From: the human T2T-CHM13v2.0 reference genome, Homo sapiens
Assembly (NCBI RefSeq): GCF_009914755.1
Contig: NC_060935.1
Reading direction: 5' to 3' (one strand)
Length of the DNA: 64,000 nt
Of this stretch, positions 14,686 through 28,070 are shown one piece after another. Under the pieces are notes generated by a model, which was not told the origin of the DNA, did no database searches, and saw only the letters and a list, made by a program, of their open reading frames with translations. Position 1 is the first letter of the stretch. Every line of letters begins with the position of its first letter. A program made the position numbers and the translations under genes.

Positions 14686-16299
14686 ATTCCATTTCCATTA
14701 GTAGCCCTTTCTACTAATGGAGCAAGATAGAAAGTTTTATGTGCTGTGTGATTTCCTAAGTAAAATAAATGGAGGAATGAATTCCACTAGATGGTAACAA
14801 CAGTGCTATAGGCTTGGGAAGATTATGGATAACTCTATTTTATGTTCCTCTTTCTTAGAATGAAATACTATTATTTTATACTGAAAACTAATATAAAGTT
14901 CTAAAAGACTACCCCTTATCAAAAGAGAATATAGGTTGAGTTACTTCAAGAGTTTGAGACCACACTGTTTGCCAAACGTCATTCCATATTTTCTTAACAC
15001 TTTTATTAATACCCCCATCGCTGCTGTTAACTTATTTTTTCATCATTTCCCTGTCAAATTTATCTGTGGAACTGGATTTAATATGCTTTAAAGCAGATTT
15101 TTTATGCTCAAGTTATGCCTATTTTAACAGGCATTTTAAAAACTTGCATTTGTTAATTATTTTCAAATATAAATGACATAGTCAAGAGCATTTCACTTGA
15201 CTGGGAAAAAAAAGAACTGACTATGAGCTCTTCTAGATTATCTCAGATTACAACGATATCAGCTTTAAAAAAGACAGGTTGTGTTTTGGCATCCTTCTTA
15301 ATCTTCGGGTATTTGCTTATCACTCCATGTCATATGGCCTGACATCCTTTCTGTGGCTTGCTATCCTCTGAATCATTCCTCGCCTTCTCTTGACTATTCT
15401 GCCAAATGCAGCTGTTTTCTAAGAGATTTCACAAAGGTTTTATCTGTGCCGTGGGACAAAATATGTCTGCATCTCTCTCTCTCTTTCTCTACTTCTATCT
15501 CTATATCTATCATGTATCTGTTTATTTATTTATTCTGCATGTATAACATATATGCACCACTATAACATACATTCACTTTACAAAATTGTGTTAAAAAATA
15601 TTGATAAAAAAGAAATCACTTGTAAAACTAATGCCAAGTGGTAATTATTAAATCAGAGAGAGAGAGAGAGACAGACTATGTAGAACTGTGATAGAGGAAG
15701 CATTTTCTTTATGTTTGAGTCTTATCTGTTAAGGTAACTTAATTTCAAACAACTACTCAAAAAGAAAGCTGGTGTCAACACAGCATATATTTTAATGTGT
15801 TAAATATCACAAGATTAGTGAATTCATAAACAGTCTAAGTAATGGTATTCAATTTCCTATAGCATATGTGTTTTGTAAGAGATAGTGGATAAAATAGTAC
15901 ATGCCCACATTTGATATGCAAATAAGATTTTTTTGGAAAAGCTTCTTATTTTCCCATTGATTACTATTAATTTTAAGTTTTTAAACCAAAAAAAAAAAAA
16001 CCCATCAGATCAAGGAATGTGAAGTTTAATATTCTCTGGCTGATCATGCTTTTTGTTTGCTTCTAAAGACCTGGACCTAAGTACTCTCTAACCTTCTCTT
16101 TATCTTGCTGAGAAAGGCAGTGACGTTACAGCAAATAAAGACTACATGAATTCTTATTAAATACTGTTATTTCCACTTCTATAATAAAATGAATAATTTC
16201 TGTTTCAGTACAGAATTGTCATTTCTCCTATGTTTTTTATTTTAAATATTTTCAAAACAAAAAAGTAAAATGAACACCCATATAAATACTCACGTAGCT

Positions 16300-16516
16300 C
16301 AGGGATCTTCAAACTAGAGTTTCATGGACAATTTCAGCTTGTCATCTGCTTCTATCAGTAGTTTTATTGGAACAAATCTATGCCCATTTATTTATGTATT
16401 GTCTATGGCTGCTTTTGCACTGCAAGACTGAGTTGAGTAGTTGTGACAGAGACCATATGGACCAAAACCTAAAATATCTACCATCTGTCCTTGTAGAAAA
16501 AGTTTGTCAAACCTTG
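16300..16516 (+). mobile_element. MER58A hAT MITE
   Basis: CAGGG..CAAACT start, GTTTTATTGGAACA, TATTGTCTATGGCTGCTTT, GAGTTGAGTAGTTGTGACAGAGACC, AAAAAGTTTGTCAAACCTTG end. Confidence 0.9.
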
Positions 16517-17948
16517 ATTTAGATTCACCAGTTATTAAAATTTTGCTACATCTGTTTTTTCTATCTTTGTAATTATAGATAGGTAGATTATATTAATAGT
16601 TATATACATCCACAGATTTTATGGATGTATATGTACACAAATATGCTTTTTTCTGAACTATTTAAAAATAAGTGTCTGATATTATAATACTTCAGCATGT
16701 ATCTCCTAAGAAGAACATCGTCCTATATCTCCTACATGATCACAACATTATAATACGCGAAGTATTTAACAATGGTACAGTAATATTGTCTCATAGACAG
16801 TCCATATTCAGATGTCTTCAGTTGCCTGACTCAGCATCCAGTCAAGGAGTATGCATTGCCATTGATACTTTATCTCTTGACCCTTCTTTAGTCTATAATT
16901 CTCCTTTGATTTAACTTTCATGACATTTCCATTTTCACAAAATCCAAGACAATGGTCTTGAGTCATACAATTTGGATTTACGTGATGATTTCCTCTTGAA
17001 TTTATTAACTATTTTGATAAAAAATGTTATGCAGACAATGATACACACTTCCCATTTTATCATACAGAAGGACTCACAATGCCAGTTTGTCCTATAATTG
17101 GTGACACTAAGTTTGAGTCACTTGGATAAGATAGGATCTGCCAGACTTATTTATTCTAGTGATATATTTAAATTCCATGTTATTGATAAGTAGTAATGTC
17201 CAGTGATATCTTGAAACTATGTAAATATTATGCTACTCCACAGTTTTATATAATGGATTTAACATCTATTGATGATCCTTGCCTGAGTCAATTATTATAC
17301 TATAGAACACAAAATAAAAACTTTCTAATTACATCATTCCTTCTATGTTTATGACCTGGCATTCCTCTGTTTAAAAGTTCTTTTCTCTTTTCTATCTTTT
17401 CATTTCTTAAAAAATTATTTTAATATTATGGACTCATGGATTTTTATGTATTCAATGTGAAATTATACATTACTTGCAATATTCTTTTTGATACTTAAAT
17501 TATATAAACTGGCTGTTGAAAACCACTTCAAACTGGCAACTTTGACCTGTTGTCTTCTTTATTCCTTCATGACTGCCTTAAATTCTGAAGCAACAAAATA
17601 CTCAGGGCCCACTTTCTGATTCCTCTGCCCTAAACCTTGTATGTACTATTCTTTAAGGATTCCTAGTTTAGTAAGAAAGATACCAAGATCTGAGTATGAG
17701 ATATGCTCATTGCTAGTGGTGATTTAACACAAAAACTAGGGAATACATAATCTTAGTTACTTTTTTCTTATTCATAAATTCTTACCTCTAATTCAAATTC
17801 AGTGATATATGGTTTTTCCTCACCTCTCTCACTCTATAACTTGATCTCCCATTTCCTGTAATGAGAATCATGACTCCCCAAAATTCAGTATATGTACTTA
17901 TTTGATTTGCCTTACATATAGATGAAGTAAATTAAGAATCATGATACT

Positions 17949-18191
17949 CACTTTGGGAGGCTGAAGAGGGCGAATAGCTTGAGCTGAAGAGTTGGAGAGC
18001 AGCCTGGGAAACATAGCGAAACCCCCAGCCAGGTGTGGTGGTGCTTGCCTGTAATCCCAGCTACTTCGGAGGCTGAGGTGGGAGAATTGCTTTAACCCAG
18101 GAGGCAGAAGTTGCGCTGAGCTTCAACATCTCGCCACTGCACTCCAGACTGGGCAATAGAGTGAGACCCCGTCTCAAAATAAAAAAAAAAA
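17949..18191 (+). mobile_element. AluJ-like, 5'-truncated, with the middle A-rich linker deleted
   Basis: CACTTTGGGAGGCTGA..GCTTGAGC..CAGCCTGGG..GAGTGAGACCCCGTCTC then poly-A. Confidence 0.9.
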
Positions 18192-18196
18192 CAATC

Positions 18197-18370
18197 TGAT
18201 TTAAGATTGTTGACTGTAATCAGCTCAAGTCTAATATGGTATAGACAAACAGCCTTATCAACTCTTGTCAACTATTGCAATGCAGTGTGATACAGGTTAA
18301 GTCTGGAATGTATGTAAGTTGGTGTTATTTGTTTTACATTTTTTTGTTTTATTTTCTAAAGGAAATCACA
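18197..18370 (+). repeat. Duplicated copy of 20582-20746
   Basis: TGATTTAAGATTGTTGACTGTAATCAGCTCAAG identical in both; GTGTGATACAGGTTAAGTC.GGAATGTATGTAAG also shared. Confidence 0.93.
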
Positions 18371-18874
18371 ATATCAGTATCACTACCTAAAATCTATTTA
18401 GAAAAGTTCAAGGATTTTTTGTTTTCTCTTTCTGTTCCTGGAACAGGAGTGTTTGCTGTCAGCTAAATCTTTTTAAAATTTACTTGAATTTGTTCTTTAT
18501 TTTCTGTGTGATAATGCTAAAAAAGTCACATTGAGTTAGTTTAATTTGCTTATATTAGCATATAATATTAAGGTTTGCTTTATCTTTTCTCTTAAATTTA
18601 GTTTTTAAAAAATATAAAAACATTTACATGGTTCACAAGTCAAAACTATACAAAGGTACATTCAAAGAAGTCTCATTCTTATATCTGTTCCTTTCAACTT
18701 GTTAACACATCCTCATAAGAGATCATTTTCATTAGCATATAATTTATGATTCTGTGATCCTTTAAAAAAAGAAAAGCGTATACATGTGTGCATTTAATAA
18801 AGTTAGTATGTTATTAATATACTTCATTTTGCTTTAACATGTTCTGGAATAACTTAGTGTCTGTATATAGTGAA

Positions 18875-20210
18875 CAGGTTTTTCTGTTTTTCTCAATTGC
18901 TTAACACTCAATTATGTCAATATCTCATAGTTTTTTCAAGTTTCCTATGTATTATGTCTTTATTTGTGTCTTTTTGAATTTCTTTCATCAATGTCTTAGT
19001 TTGTAATGCACAGATCTTTCATAACCTTAGTCAAATTTTTCTCTAAATATTTTATTTTTTGATGCTATTGTAAATGGGATTTGTTTTCTTACTATCCAAA
19101 GTGATCTACATGTTTAATGCAAACCCTATAAAAATTTCAATGGATTTTTTACAGTTATTAGAAAAAATCATAAAATTTGTATGGAAACATAAAATATTCT
19201 AAATAGCCAAAGCAATTTTGAGAAAAAAGAGCAAAGCTGGAGGCATCACAGCTTTATGATTTGAAGGTGTATCACAAAGCTATAATAATCAAAAGAGTAT
19301 GGTACTGGCATAAAAACTGAACAGACAACAGAGATCCCAGAGGTAAACTCATACATTTATGGTCAAACTAATCTTTGAGAAGGGCATGAAGAATATAGAA
19401 TGGAGAAAGGATAAACTCTTTAGTAAATGGTGTAGAGGAACCTGGACTTTCACATACAGAATATCATATCATTTCATACCTGAATTAATATAACCATTTT
19501 CTTGTTAAATTCTTGGGGTCACATCTCAAGTAGCTGAAACAAACTGGACTTTCACATACAGAAGAATCCAGCAATCTTCTGTGTATATACCCAAAAGAGA
19601 AAAAGTCAGTATGCTGAAGACATAGCTATACTACTGTGTTCATTGCAGCATCATTCACCATAGCAAAGACACCGAAATAACCTAAATGCCCATCAACTGA
19701 TGAATGAATAAAGTAAACGTGAAATAAATACATATATGTACATACATACATATACACACATATATGTATATACCAGACACATTTACATATATGTATATGT
19801 ATTTACACACAATGAAATATTATTTGGCCATAACAAGCAAGAAATTCTGGCATTTGTGATGAGATTAATGAAACTGGAGGATATTATGTTAGGCAAAATT
19901 AGCAAGACAAGGAAAGACAAATGCTGCATAATCTCACTATATGTAGAATCTAAAAAAGTGAACTTGGAAAAGCAGAGAATAGAATGGTGGTTACCATTAG
20001 CTGGCGGTGGGGGAAATGAGGAGACGTTGGTCAGAAGTTACATATAATCAATTAGAAGATGACCACATTCTGGGGATTTAATATACAGCATGTCAAGTAA
20101 GGTTAATAATGCCGTATTGTAAACTTGAAATTTGCTAAGATGGTAGATCTTAAGTGTTGTCACCATAAAATGATGGCAACTGCGTGAGGTGATAGATATA
20201 CATTGAGTAG
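18875..20210 (+). mobile_element. L1MA9/L1MB-like fragment with an inverted 5' piece (~18875-19090, minus strand)
   Basis: Antisense ORF2 (GATGCTATTGTAAATGGGATT) joined to sense ORF2 (CAAAGCTGGAGGCATCACA, GTATGGTACTGGCATAAAAAC); 3'UTR GAAATTTGCTAAGA..GTAGATCTTAAGTGTT..GTGAGGTGAT. Confidence 0.75.
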
Positions 20211-20519
20211 CTTCCTTTATGTGTTGGGAAAATTCCTAAAGAAAGGGAAATGGTGTGAACTTTACTGTATATTATATACACAAATTTTATACAAGTATGC
20301 TTTACCCATGAGTGTCTGGGAGAAAAAAAAACCTGAAAAAAATGTCTCTAATAAAAAATATGGGCACTGAGGGAGTCTATAAAAGAAAGTACAAATGCTT
20401 TGTGACAACTGAACCTTAGAAACTTCTGAGGTATTTTTTTTTTTTATCAACAATGGAGTGCTCTTTCTGAAGAATCACATTGGACATTGTGAGAAAAATT
20501 TTTCTACTACATCAATTAC

Positions 20520-20680
20520 TTCATTTTTTTTTTTGCCATGTGCTAAGACACTGTTTTAGTCATTGAGGGTACAAAGATAGGTGATTTAAGATTGTTGACT
20601 GTAATCAGCTCAAGATTAATACAGTGTAGTCAAACATCCACACCAGCTATTGCAATGTAGTGTGATACAGGTTAAGTCCG
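20520..20680 (-). mobile_element. L2 3' fragment (probable source of the 18197-18370 copy)
   Basis: CATGTGCTAAGACACTGTTTTAG..TGAGGGTACAAAGAT..CAATGTAGTGTGATA pattern. Confidence 0.5.
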
Positions 20681-21334
20681 GAATGTATGTAAGGTGGCGT
20701 TATTTGTTTTACATTTTTCTTGTTTTATTTTCTAGAGGAAATGACACTTAACTGCCATGAATTACTTCTGTGAACATTTGTTACTCATGTTACAACAAGG
20801 TGTCTTGGATTTGCTCCTGACATATTCCTGTAAAAATCCCCATTGATTTTTAGGGTTGATTCACTTGATGTGGCTGTTATGTAATGTGTACCCTTCCTGT
20901 TTCACTGATACTGCAGCTCACTTGGTCAAAGAAAACAGCCTTGTCTAATAAAGGACAACTTTGATTCTAACCAAATCTCAAGATACTTTTGAAGGTGAAC
21001 TTGTTTTGCTAAATAAATATTTTTCTTTTTCATTTCAACATGTCATAATACATTTTAAATAATAGATTACCTCTGAAGTTGAACAGGGAGTTGTATTCCC
21101 TGATATGCAACCTATAAAAGTTTAATAATGGTTTTATAAGAGAGAATGGGGAAGAAAAGGGCAGTACTTCCAGTCTTTATCTGTGGCACACATACACACA
21201 CCCACAGAGGCAGAAAGCTGGATGGGATTGTAGATCATGTAGTTTGAAAATAATTCAGTCTTTGTCCTATTGGTTTTGTATTGTCTAAGTCAGAATTTTA
21301 GATTTTTTTTCAGTATTTGTAAATAAGCAGCCAC

Positions 21335-21570
21335 ATAGAGGTATAATATACACATAATGTATAACTTACTTATTATGCACAGGTGGTAAATTGCCATAAG
21401 TGAACATAACTGTGGAACCAACAACCAGATTAGGAAATGGAACATTATCAGTATTCAAAAAGACCCTCTTGTGCTTCTGCAAGCCACTGCCCCCAACTCC
21501 CTCAGGGAAACCACTACATAAGTCAACCTGAATTTTAATTTGCGTTCAAGTAGAGCATAGATTGCAATAT
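21335..21570 (-). mobile_element. L1ME-like 3' fragment
   Basis: GAGGTATAATATACA..AAGTGAACA..ACCAGATTAGGAAATGGAACATTATCAG..CCCTCTTGTGC. Confidence 0.6.
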
Positions 21571-22109
21571 TTATCAAAGATAACAAGGTTAAAAGATGTT
21601 GGCCTGAGGAAAATTCTAGGTATCCATGTCTAAACACCAGTGCAAATCCCCAAAGAAATTATCTGTTTTTATATAGTTCTAAAAATTATTGGTGATAACA
21701 TTTTCAATTAGAGTTTAGTTGCATTACTTAAATGTATAAGCTTAAAGATCTTGTTCATATTTTTGTGGTTTTTTCTGCTTTATAAAAACTATTAGAAATC
21801 CCTTCTTGGACATTATCACAGTCTTTGGTTTTTAAAGTCATTTGTACTGTGTATGTATTTAAATACTAACCTAGGGTATGTTAGACTGCAAATTAATTTT
21901 TGAAGAATTTTTATTGAAATAATACCCATGACCACTTAGCCTTACACATAGGAAAAAAAATGGTCATTTTAATGTATAATTTTATTGTCTTCATACAATG
22001 TAAAAATTAGCAATAATTTTTTAAAGTGATAATAGTAATATTATATTTCTCATCAATATTAATGCCAATTAAATGCGAACGTTTAAAGTTGCTATCTGAG
22101 TATGATTTT

Positions 22110-22605
22110 CCTTGTAAAACTCCTTAACTGATGACCCTGAGTCGACCATTGGCTGGAATTCAAGTTCATGAGCGTGACACACAAGGCCCTTCGTGAGATG
22201 ATCCCTGTCTTCCTTTGGACCTTACACCACTGCTCTTGTTTATATTACAAAAAATAACAAACTACTAGTGGTTTCCTAGCAACTATTGCAGCTTTTCATG
22301 CCTATGTAAGTGCTTATCCTGCTGAATACAATTTTCACCTTTTGTATGATATAAAGTTCCATTCATCTCTCAAAACCCCACTCTGATTCTTCCTTCTCTT
22401 AGTCTTTATGGACTGTGATCACCAATTTTAATCTCCTTTTTAAGTTTGTTGCTTCTTCCTTGACATTTTTTCCAAGTTCTAGAATGGTTTAAGTTTTCGA
22501 ACCACCCCTATAACATTATGAGTTTCTAAGGAAGGAGCAGGAACTATTTCTTAATTAACTCTGTCTAGTACATTGCAGATGCTCATCAAATACTTGTTTG
22601 TGGGT
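22110..22605 (+). mobile_element. L2 fragment
   Basis: CAAGGCCCTTCGTGA..; TATGAGTTTCTAAGG..; CAGATGCTCATCAAATACTTGTT tail. Confidence 0.6.
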
Positions 22606-24439
22606 AAATCTTCCCAACACTTATCAGAGTGATAAAAAAAAAAAACCAAGTAATTTAGTGATTGTTAAATGATTAGCTTTAGAAAACTTCAGGTTTTTTT
22701 TTTGGGGGGGTGGGTGTTAAATTTATTTTGCCCTGTAAAAGGAGTTAATCTGATTCCTCCCCTTTTGTTTATAAAGTTTGTGTGTCTCATGAGATCTTAA
22801 AGATAGAAACAACTTTAATCGAGCCCAATTTTTTTAAGAAATTCATAGGAGAAGTAAAAAAAAAAAAATGCTCTGTTACAGAAACAAGTTAAAAACAGAC
22901 TACCTTGTATCCCTTAATGAGAGCTAGGAGGCCTACATTGTCTCTCCAACTGTCCTCCAAGGGCCTGAGGTCCTTCATGGGGTCTACAGACTTGAAGGCA
23001 GTTCTCGGGCTCATCGTTTTTATCCCGTTGTTGCCTCCAGTTACTTATTTGCTTTATTCTGTCCTGTTACTTCAAATGTTTTGAAACAGCTTCTTCTCTT
23101 AGAATGTATGAATGAGCAATGTTTCAGTTCCGTTAGAAACATGACTCTTTTCTGGCTACCCATAATAAATCCGCTCTCCAGTTTTGTTCTTTTCTACTAC
23201 ATTAAAGCCATTATAACAAAATATTAAAAAAAAATTTTCTTTCAAAAAACCAGTAACCCAAGTATCTATTTCTTAGTGATTTGGCTGCATTTATAGGATA
23301 TTTTATTTGGATCTATTTTATAATCACTTGAAAGCGTCACTTTGGTTTGGTTCAGGTCTGTGGACCTGAATAAATTGACCATGCTTTGGCAGAGCCATCA
23401 GAAGAGTATTGTGGCCAATCCTTTAAATCTCTGCAGATGCTCTATAGCTAAGTCAATCCAAACTGATCATCATTGTGGCCATACTGAGTGGTTTTTACTC
23501 TGCCATCGGCGTGATGCTTAGCCATAAAAAGATTTACCTTTGAGTGATAATATTTTTGTATTTTCTGCTAGCGTAGTTTCCCATTTCCAATGACATTGGG
23601 AAGTAAAATATCTTGCTTTTTTAATACGGTCATTTTCATTTATGCTTTTTTATTGTTCCTTAACAATGAAAAATAATGTAAAATGATATAAAACCTCTGA
23701 GATGCAGATTTCCTGGGGAATAAATGGTTGGACTGATTAAATATCTGTTCATGACACTGTTCAGAATGAGTCTTCATGTCATTTTGGAAATGAAGGTTAA
23801 TATCTAATCCAGTTAAATATAAAAATATATTGTGATTAATGTCTCATCTACTGAAGAGCTTTGGTCAAACAAAAACCTCATAACTTTAAAAAACAAATGA
23901 GAGAAAGAAAGAAACAGGTAGATAATTACTGGAAAAATAATCTAAAACTATTCTTAAAATTATTTAAGGCACTCATATTTTAAGTTTTCTTCGGGCATAT
24001 GCAAAACTATTGGATGTATTAGATAATCTCTGTATCACATGCTCTCTCTCTATGTATATTTACCTTTGTGTGCTATAAGTAGAATTTTGTACTCACGTTA
24101 TGATAATAATGCTAAGCATTAATATATTTTAAGTGAAGTTTCCACTTTATATACGATCTTGATTGATTATCAAGTATTTTTACGTTAGCGTTCCCATTTA
24201 AAAAAATTATCAAGAAAGAAGGAAAAGAAAAACTCCTTAATAACGTTAAATATAGGTTAATAAATAAAGACATTAGAATATGTGTTGGTTGTAAATAATT
24301 TACATCCTCTATGCTTAGAGTAATTTGGAGAAAATTCAATAGTTCTTTATAGTCATATCTTTTCATAGAATTTATATTTGTATTGCTAATTTGGTATTCT
24401 AGGTAAAATTTATTTCTGCCCTTGAAATGATTTTCATTT

Positions 24440-24715
24440 TCATTAGTCACTTGGTCATTTATTGAATACATGTTTATTGAGTAAACACTCTGTGCTAGGC
24501 ATTGCTAGCATAATGAATGAGAAGAGGACCGTGACTTTATGGGGTTACAATTCAGTAGAGCCCTAGAGCATGTGACTAACTATATTATGCTGCAGAAGCC
24601 ACACACACAGCATCCTGTAGGAGTACAGAGAAGGCAGAAACTAACTCTTAAGGAGAGGTAGAAATGTCAGGAGAGCTTTTCAGTAGGTGGGGATGTTTAA
24701 TTTACATTTTAAAGA
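24440..24715 (-). mobile_element. L2 3' end
   Basis: TCATTTATTGAATACATGTTTATTGAG..CTCTGTGCTAGGCATTG. Confidence 0.7.
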
Positions 24716-27700
24716 AATCGATTTCAAAATTAATACCCAATTTCAACACACCATTTATAGAAAAAATTTCTCTAAAAGCATTGCTTTCCTATCATTATCA
24801 ATTTTTTTTTAATTTTCCTAGGCCATTTTTGGGAAAAGAAAGTGGCTATTAATGACTTACATAACTCATACTGAGCTTAAAATATATATATTGAAATCTT
24901 CATTTAAAAGTAGAATGTTATTCTCAGTGTTCTTTCCATAACTTTCTCCGTCTCTGTGGCCCCATCTTTGTTTTGATGAGACTCAAAAACATTGATCCTG
25001 TTAACTTTTATTTTCAACTTTCAATGGCCTAGTGGTGCTTGCATAAATATACAGCAGTGCTCTCTACGGGACAGAAGCTAATCAACTCATGTGGAACACG
25101 CTTTATTACTGGGTATGAAGGATGGATATCTTATAGGAAACTCAATGACAATTAAAAAAAAAACTATTCAAAAGCGACTGCAAAGAATAATACCACATTT
25201 TAACTTGAAATATTTACAAGACTACTTAAACCTCTTTCTAGCAACTGGTAAAGTTCAGGACCAGCCCCAGCTCCAATGTGAACATGAGATGCAAGCAAAC
25301 TTTCTGCTTTCTCTAAGGAATTATGTTATTTTAAAAATGTCATTTTTTCATTTCTAACCAAAATGTTATATTGAGTTTTTTCATTTGATTTACTTTTACA
25401 ATGTTCTTCTTCAGTGGAACAGCAAATATTCTACTTCCCAAGTAGCCATATTTGATTATTATTATAACTTTAAAGAAATTAAGTTGAACAGATGTTTATT
25501 ATGGTGAATATTACATTCACTGAAATATATTCATGATTTTGACAATTTACTATTCAAAAAAAGTAGTGTTTACAGTAAGACAAAAATACCTTTTGAAGTT
25601 CACATGTATCTTTTAAAATAGCGCAATGACATGCTGCCCATGGATATTGAAATTTTTGACCATGATTACAAATGTTGTGCATCTCATCAAAGAAATAAAA
25701 GCACTGTTCTTCTGTTCAGGTTGTTTTTTGCATTTAGTTATAAAAGTTAATTCTAGGCAAATTGGTCTGGCAAAATAAATCACGAATGTATAAATGCAAA
25801 ATTAAGAGAGTAAACGATGCTAACACAATGTCTCAATTTCAAAAATAACATGTTTGGAATTTAGTCTTCCACTGAACTTTTCCACTATAAAAACTAATTT
25901 TTAATTACTTGAAAGCAATTTTATATAAGGTCAATCAAAAAGTGTTAATTCTCAAGATAAAAAAAATTGTTCTTGACAGTTTTTTTCTGTTAGACTAGTA
26001 AATGTGTGGTTGCCAAGGGTATATTTCTAAATTGAAAGCTTCAAATTCCTATTTTTTGAGTGCTCCGCAAACCTCAGGTGTAACAGAGTTGATTTTTAAT
26101 GCCAAAACATTTCAAATTGAGTAACAATAATAGTGCTAATTATACAATTCCACTTTTACATGATATTTTATAGTTTATGGATTACTTTCACATACATATG
26201 TACGATTTTACCTAATCACTCCATCCACAGTTGTTATACAGATTATATATAATACTACATGTGAAAGCAGTTTAACTGACAACCCCATTAAACACAGGAA
26301 GAAGAAATGGTAATTGGGTATTCTGTGATATTGTTTAACAGCCATAATAGGCGTACCCTTACACTAGCTTTATCTCTGAATATTTTAGGTTATATAACCA
26401 TATATGACTCCATTTTTTAATTCAGATTGAGTTGAATTTTTTTTCAACTTATCTTACCAGATGCACTGTTCACATCCTCTGTAGTGTTTAAGCCTTGTTC
26501 TCTATTAAAACAATCTCTTTCATAAAACTACTGAAGTCAAAGGCAAAAACTTTGTGATGGATTCCCAAAAACATTCTTTAGGTATGTCCTGCTTGGATAC
26601 ACAACTCAGGTTTTCAGACTTGTTCAGCTGACTCTATTAAAGACTGAGAAGTGTTCTCATCTTGATCAATATTGAGCAATGATTAGGTGTAGGTCTATGA
26701 CATCACCTTACTCTAAAACCACAGTTAAACTGTTTTGTGTTTAGACTGTATGCTTTAAAAATCCTTATTTCTGAGTATCTAACAGGATTTTCTTAACTAT
26801 TATATGCTTTTTAAAAATTAATGTATATTAGAATAGATGGATAAAAGCTCTTATTCCTCTATTCTGTGGGGAATTGGTTCTTATTCCCCATCAAATTGTG
26901 GAAACAAGTACGTGCCCTGTTGAATCCTGTCTAAATAAATTAATCTCATAGTCATTGTGATTATGTGTCAGGAAGAGATGGCCAAATGAAAGTTCATCAT
27001 ATGTTAAAGCCCTAATTGAGAAAGCAACCAGATACTTTATTATGCATCCTAAGATCTTCTCCAAGGACAAGTAATAAACTAAAAAAAAATCAATGTATTA
27101 ATATTATCATCACTATGATTATTTTGGTAAGAAATAAAAAGTGAGTTCAAAAACTATATCAATAAAATATTCACCATTTCTGAATTTAATTGAAATTAAT
27201 ATCAACAATTTTTCTCTATTTGTGTTAAATTTATAAAAGAATATGGTAAATTAATTTCATAGCATTTTATTACATCATTCTCAAATAATTCTATATAAGT
27301 AGGTGTGTTGTTTTTCTCAATGTCCAGGTGAACTGGAGAGATTATATAGTGTTTTATTTTAAACACAACAATACTACCATTTTATACCTCATCAGAAAAT
27401 TTTTAAAAAGACACCCATTATTTTCTAATTAATACAATTTCTTGAAACATTTCCTTAATCTATAGACATTTTAATATCGTATTATGAATACTTTATAAAC
27501 ATTTGCATATTTAGGAGGAAAAACAGTTTTCATAAATGATTTCTGTATTTCTAAATTTGTAGAAATTTTTCTCTACAAGTTTGTAGAATTTTAGGCAAGA
27601 AAAAATTCAGAAGAAATAAAATAATTAAATGTATAACTCTCATCAAGGCATTTATTCATTTTCTGTAATCAGGCTGAATTCAGATATGGAAATAGAATTT

Positions 27701-27889
27701 TTAATGTATTTCAAGCAAAGTAGTTGTAAAATTTGACTCTCTTGTGAATACAACACTAAGACTTTCAAAGTCTTCTACTTGTAGAGCCAAATAGACTGAC
27801 AATCATTCTTTGATTACATTTACTTAGAATATGTGATACAAAATCTTGTTAACTTTCCAGAAGACTGGTAAATTTCCAGCTTCCCTTAG

Positions 27890-28070
27890 AATAATTGTAA
27901 TGATAGCTGAGGTTTCTTACTTGTTTTCTGTGTGCCAAGTATTAGTCCTTGTACAAGGGCTTTACATGAAGAATTTCTTCAAATTCTAACAGTAACACTA
28001 TGAGGAATAGGGTTATGATTCCTACTATATTGACAAGGAAATTGAGGCATTGAAAGAATAAGTAACTTAA
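27890..28070 (-). mobile_element. MIR SINE
   Basis: TGTGTGCCAAG..CTTTACATG..AACACTATGAGG..GGAAATTGAGGCA..AAGTAACTT. Confidence 0.75.

Larger units (their letters stand above)
16230..18870 (-). mobile_element. L1MC4/L1MC5-like 3' region, interrupted by MER58A, an AluJ and a 170-bp insert
   Basis: AATGAACACCCATATA, TTTTTCTGAACTATTT, TACTTCAGCATGTATCTCCTAAGAA, GTCCATATTCAGAT. Confidence 0.7.

Noticed and set aside
22905-23015. 37-codon minus-strand open frame (MSPRTAFK..KGYK) ending at AG/GTAGTC
   Set aside because: Weak donor, no acceptor or promoter evidence, and no recognisable protein; within chance
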